Assembly: GCA_048013815.1 (NCBI GenBank)
Contig: CM106585.1
Span: 22,568,001-22,632,000, forward strand
Length of the DNA stretch: 64,000 bases
Direction of reading: 5' to 3'
From: Setoptus koraiensis
Lineage: Eukaryota; Animalia; Arthropoda
The notes beneath the pieces were generated by a model, which was not told where the DNA came from, made no database searches, and saw nothing but the letters and a program-made list of their open reading frames with translations. The first letter of the stretch is position 1; the number at the start of each line of letters is the position of its first letter. The position numbers were made by a program, and so were the translations under genes. Positions 59,903 to 64,000 of the stretch are shown here, one piece after another.

Positions 59903-59904
<2 letters not shown>

Positions 59905-61256
59905 GCACACAGACGCAATTGATGCGAAATGGAGGGGCCCCGCCAACAGCTAAAAACAGCTCGAGAGGATGTTTGCTCGCCGGCCAGCGTGTGTGTTTGC
60001 CGAGATGACCAAACGAAAGAAACAGCCAAAGAACAGAAAGAGGCCGAGAGAGAAAGCAAACGAAACCAAAGATGAATGATGGAACCGATGAGATGAAAAC
60101 AATCATTAACTTGAACCAATCTCTTTCCTATTTTCTCTATACTTTTGCCCCTGCGCCCCCGTGCCCCTGTGCCACTGTACCCCTGTGCCCACTGTGCCCC
60201 CTGTGCCTGTGTGCGGCCTACCCATTGGGCGACTCGCTGGCACCAATGCCACCCAAACCAACAACCAACTTAAGGTCTGCGCTTGGCCCAATTCTGCCTC
60301 GGTGCCCACTTTTGGGGTATGCTCTCATTGAGGGTAGCATGTCTATTTAGGTGGATCTGTGCACAATTGTTTTCAAATGATGATGATGACGATGCAGCAG
60401 CAACAACAGCAGCAACAACAGCAGCAACAACAACAACAGCAACAACAACAACAACAACAAAGAAACTAAACAAGTCAGACGACAGCGACGACCAAGACGA
60501 AGAGCAATCTTTTGAGCGGCAACATGGAGATGAAGTCAAGGTATTTATCCGTCACAAATAATCTTTTTGCCCTTTGAGCCTAGCCTGGCTAGTAGGGCCT
60601 AGAGTGAGCACCACGGCTCACTACTTTTGGCCAGCTCGAGCTGTTGGCGAAAAAAGAGGCGGCTCTCTGGCTGTTGCAGCAACCAATCTCGGCCCAAACA
60701 ATCTCGGCCGGCCAAGAGAACCAACCAAATCCCTTCTTTCTTTTTCTTTCTCGCTGCAATAAGCCCCCGATTTGGGCCTGGCTCCCCGCTATCGATGATG
60801 TGAGCCAGTGGCCCAAATGATCGCATGTCGGCCAGTGCTGGCGTCGTATCGTAACAACAGCAACCAATGGCAGCATACAAATAGAAGCGACACACACAAA
60901 ATGTATCGATATTTGGGGTGTCCCTTACCTACAATAGGCTATTTGTCAGAATTGTCAGAGTGTGTTCTCGCTTAGCGGCCAACCGGCCAACTAACGATCT
61001 CTCGCAAGTTGCAAGCGACTGGATGGGGCACACAACACAAATATAACACAAGTTGGCCTCTGCAAAAGTCGGCATCGTTATCTTGGCTAGCCTATCGCTA
61101 GCAAAGTCTCTTATTCTTTCATTAGCATCATCAGCTGCTCTTTTCTTCATTCTTTAATACCCACAATAACTTATATATGTAACACAATAACAATATTTCA
61201 CACACAAACACATTGAGCCAGCCGTTCAGTTCAATAAACTCACCTTTTCTATTCTA

Positions 61257-61297
61257 TTCTCTTCTCTTCTCTTCTCTTCTCTTCTCTTCTCTTCTCT
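61257..61297. repeat. (TTCTC)n pentanucleotide microsatellite
   Basis: Read directly. Confidence 0.9.
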
Positions 61298-61395
61298 TTG
61301 CCTCCTTCGGCTGCCATCAAACCGGCCCACGACAATTACCATCCCAACACGCGTTGAACGAACCTGCCCAATGTATTGCGTAATGCACGCCTCCA

Positions 61396-61426
61396 ACAAC
61401 AACAACAACGACAACTACAAAAACAA

Positions 61427-61471
<45 letters not shown>

Positions 61472-61505
61472 CGACAACGACAACGACAACGACGACAACG
61501 ACGAT
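61396..61505. repeat. (AAC/GAC)n trinucleotide microsatellite
   Basis: Read directly. Confidence 0.9.
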
Positions 61506-62589
61506 GACTGGATTGTCGTTGCCGTCACGCTGTGGACACAAACCGGTCAACTGGCGCCGATGATTCGCTCACCTGATTCGTGATTTGGGATTGAATGTGA
61601 TTTGCGATGTGACTGGCGATGTGACTGGTAATGTGATTTGTAATGATTGAATTGTGTTGGCTAATTGCGAGCAGTTGAGCAGAGCACGAGCTGCAACAAA
61701 CAGGACCAATCAACACAATATTCTGTTGAGTTTTATACCGCTCACTAGATGGAGCATAATCAAATTATTGTTTGTACTTGTGTACACAAAGATGTTAATA
61801 GATCATGTGGCCATATCATCGTCGAACAACAATTAATCACCTACACACTCGCCGACAGAGGGAGCAAATTCAATCATGATGCCAATTCAGCGCTTACTAT
61901 ACTGTACACACACACACACATAACTGTACTGACTAACAAGATTAATTAAAGTGTAACAATAATGTTGCGTAACAATAAAAGATATCGCACCAAATGTAAT
62001 CAAACAAATGGATTGTTATTGGACAGTGGCTTTTGATTTTGGGCCTGTCACCAGTGGCTGTCAGTGTGAGTGTCATTGTTGTAGTGTGACAATGTTACAC
62101 TTATACCGACACTCACACTAACACTCACACTGTCACTTGTACGAGTTTGACAAGTATAAGTATAAGTGCAAGTACGAGTGTGAGTGCCAGCCGTTGATTA
62201 ACACTTGTCGCTGGCGCAACAATCGCGCAACAATCGCACAACAATTGCGCAACAACTAGACAGAGCAACTGACAATCGCGTAACCTGATTATGATTTGAT
62301 TAAACAAGAACACGTGTCAACAACACCACCACTGACCAATTCACCACAAGTGGTCAGTTGAGTGGCCAAACTGCACAAACAAACCACTGTGCACCATTGT
62401 CAATTGGTCAGTGGCACAATGCTGTCTCAAGCAGATTGGTCAGTCGGTTTTGTCTTGTCTTGTCACATTTATATATATCGTGTGACCATTGGGTGAGCCA
62501 ACCAACAAAATTAAACACACACTCACGCAGCAATTGTATCAAGTGTTTGTTTGCCCATTAGCTTAAGTGACTTTGGTTTGTCGCTCGCT

Positions 62590-62661
62590 GGTTGTTGCTT
62601 GTTGGTTGTTGCTTGTTGGTTGTTGCTTGTTGGTTGTTGCTTGCTGGTTGTTGCTTGTTGG
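62590..62661. repeat. 14-bp tandem repeat (GGTTGTTGCTTGTT) x5
   Basis: Units at 62590, 62604, 62618, 62632 and 62646. Confidence 0.9.
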
Positions 62662-64000
62662 TTTGTCCGTCTTTGGCTCGTCTGTCGCCAGTGTCTCGGT
62701 TGGTGTCAGTTGTCCGTGCTGCGCCATATCGCACCGCAACACAGCAAACAAGAAGCGAGCACAAATCAGCAGACAATCAACAACAATGAGCGAAAAGCAA
62801 CAACGTGCTTTCATTAGTTTCATTCGGTGTCCACTTTTGGTTGGCCAGTCAGTGGCCAGTAGTGACGGCACTTGACGGACAACAATTGAAATAATTGTTG
62901 TTCTTTGTCTCTCTGCTGCTGGCTGCTTGCTGCTGTCACAAATATACTCACTGAATAACAACACGAGAACTTGTTATGACTTATAACTTATAATTCCTAT
63001 GACAACTGGACACAACTTGACAACGTTGCGCCGGCACTTTGCAAACAAACAAATGGCCGAACGTTCGAAATGCCGCTGCAAAATGCTGCAAGTGACTCGC
63101 GAATCAGCAACGAATCGCATCTGAGACGATGATTCTTTTCTTCTCTACACTCGTCTCCATATGCCACTTCTCGACACTGTCGTCCATACTTTTGCTGGCG
63201 CAAACTACTCAAACTCGTTGCATCTTCACCAATCTTCGCACAACACATACTACACATATAACATAATCTAATAAATATCTTGTCTAGGTGCTTTATTGTA
63301 TTGCACGGGTATTGTTGTCCACAAGCACCGGCTAACAACATTGTGACAGCCTGTCCACTGGACATCGCCGGCCACTCAACATGCTGGCGTTTTGGTCAGC
63401 GCACATACACAAACCAATACAAACAATAACGCGGCCAATGTGTAAATCACATACATTATGTTTGCAATAATGAATTATGTAATAATAACAACGAGCGCGT
63501 TGTCTTTGTTCTGGCAGCACAAATAATCACTTGTTTGTTTGTGTTGTTTCTCGCACTGATCATGATTGTCTCTCTGTCTATATGACGACACCACCAGCAA
63601 CAACAACAACAACAACAACAACAATATAATCATAATAATATCTGCCAGTGTCCAAACTGTGAGATGTTGCGCTGGCAGACAACGTCTCGGCATTGTTAGA
63701 CAGTGGCCAATGTGTCAATTACACATTAGCCAGCCAACCAAAAACACGCTTGTTGAATAGCCCACAATTCTCATCATAATGAATGAATCTCCTCTCACTC
63801 CCACTAACTAACTGCCAGTCTGCCCAAGTGGCATATGCTCGCTAGTCAGCTTGTTTGTCAAATGTAATTAATGTGATTTTTGTCGTGTCTTCTCGACTCG
63901 ACAAAAAAAAAAATCATATTTCAACTGGACAGCGGTGTGATTGGCGTGATTTATGTCTGTTTCAAGCGCTTATATAGGGCCAAAATGTGTTATAACTTGC

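Noticed and set aside
582-62661. Tandem arrays as CRISPR repeats or a prokaryotic defence island
   Set aside because: The units are directly adjacent without unique spacers, there are no cas genes, and the DNA is eukaryotic with spliceosomal introns.
46000-64000. Dozens of 60-130 aa ORFs rich in poly-Q/N/T/V/L/C (also at 400-9400)
   Set aside because: They are translations of microsatellites and minisatellites in stop-poor frames, often open on both strands, with non-ATG starts.

Overview
Eukaryotic (animal, arthropod-type) genomic DNA. The arthropod-style innexin, inscuteable and NDUFA7 sequences and the strongly intron-depleted housekeeping genes fit a small-genome arthropod such as an acariform mite; that taxon call is inference. 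The window has three zones. (1) About 1-12.9 kb is microsatellite-rich and mostly non-coding, with one exon of an Ig-superfamily adhesion gene. (2) About 13.3-45.6 kb is a very compact core of about 18 mostly intronless genes on alternating strands: carnitine carrier, OSGEP, TRMT6, an NDUFA7-FDX2 fusion, a truncated CTP synthase-like gene, LSm2, an unknown gene, a tetraspanin, innexin, inscuteable, MED28, PDSS2-like, a minimal KAT6, PSMG3-like, TBC1D23, NAPRT, SMIM4 and an ICE2-like membrane protein. (3) About 46-64 kb is repeat-rich non-coding DNA with hairpins and one candidate exon. The standout observation is a spliced, in-frame fusion of the complex I subunit NDUFA7 to an intact FDX2-type [2Fe-2S] ferredoxin (minus strand, 17683-17034), which the ORF track splits into two ORFs. 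Other notable items are a synthetase-domain-only, motif-degenerate CTP synthase paralog, a KAT6 reduced to its MYST domain, a ~420-nt structured GC-rich ncRNA candidate and a TA-flanked MITE. All family assignments come from recalled motifs, not database searches.
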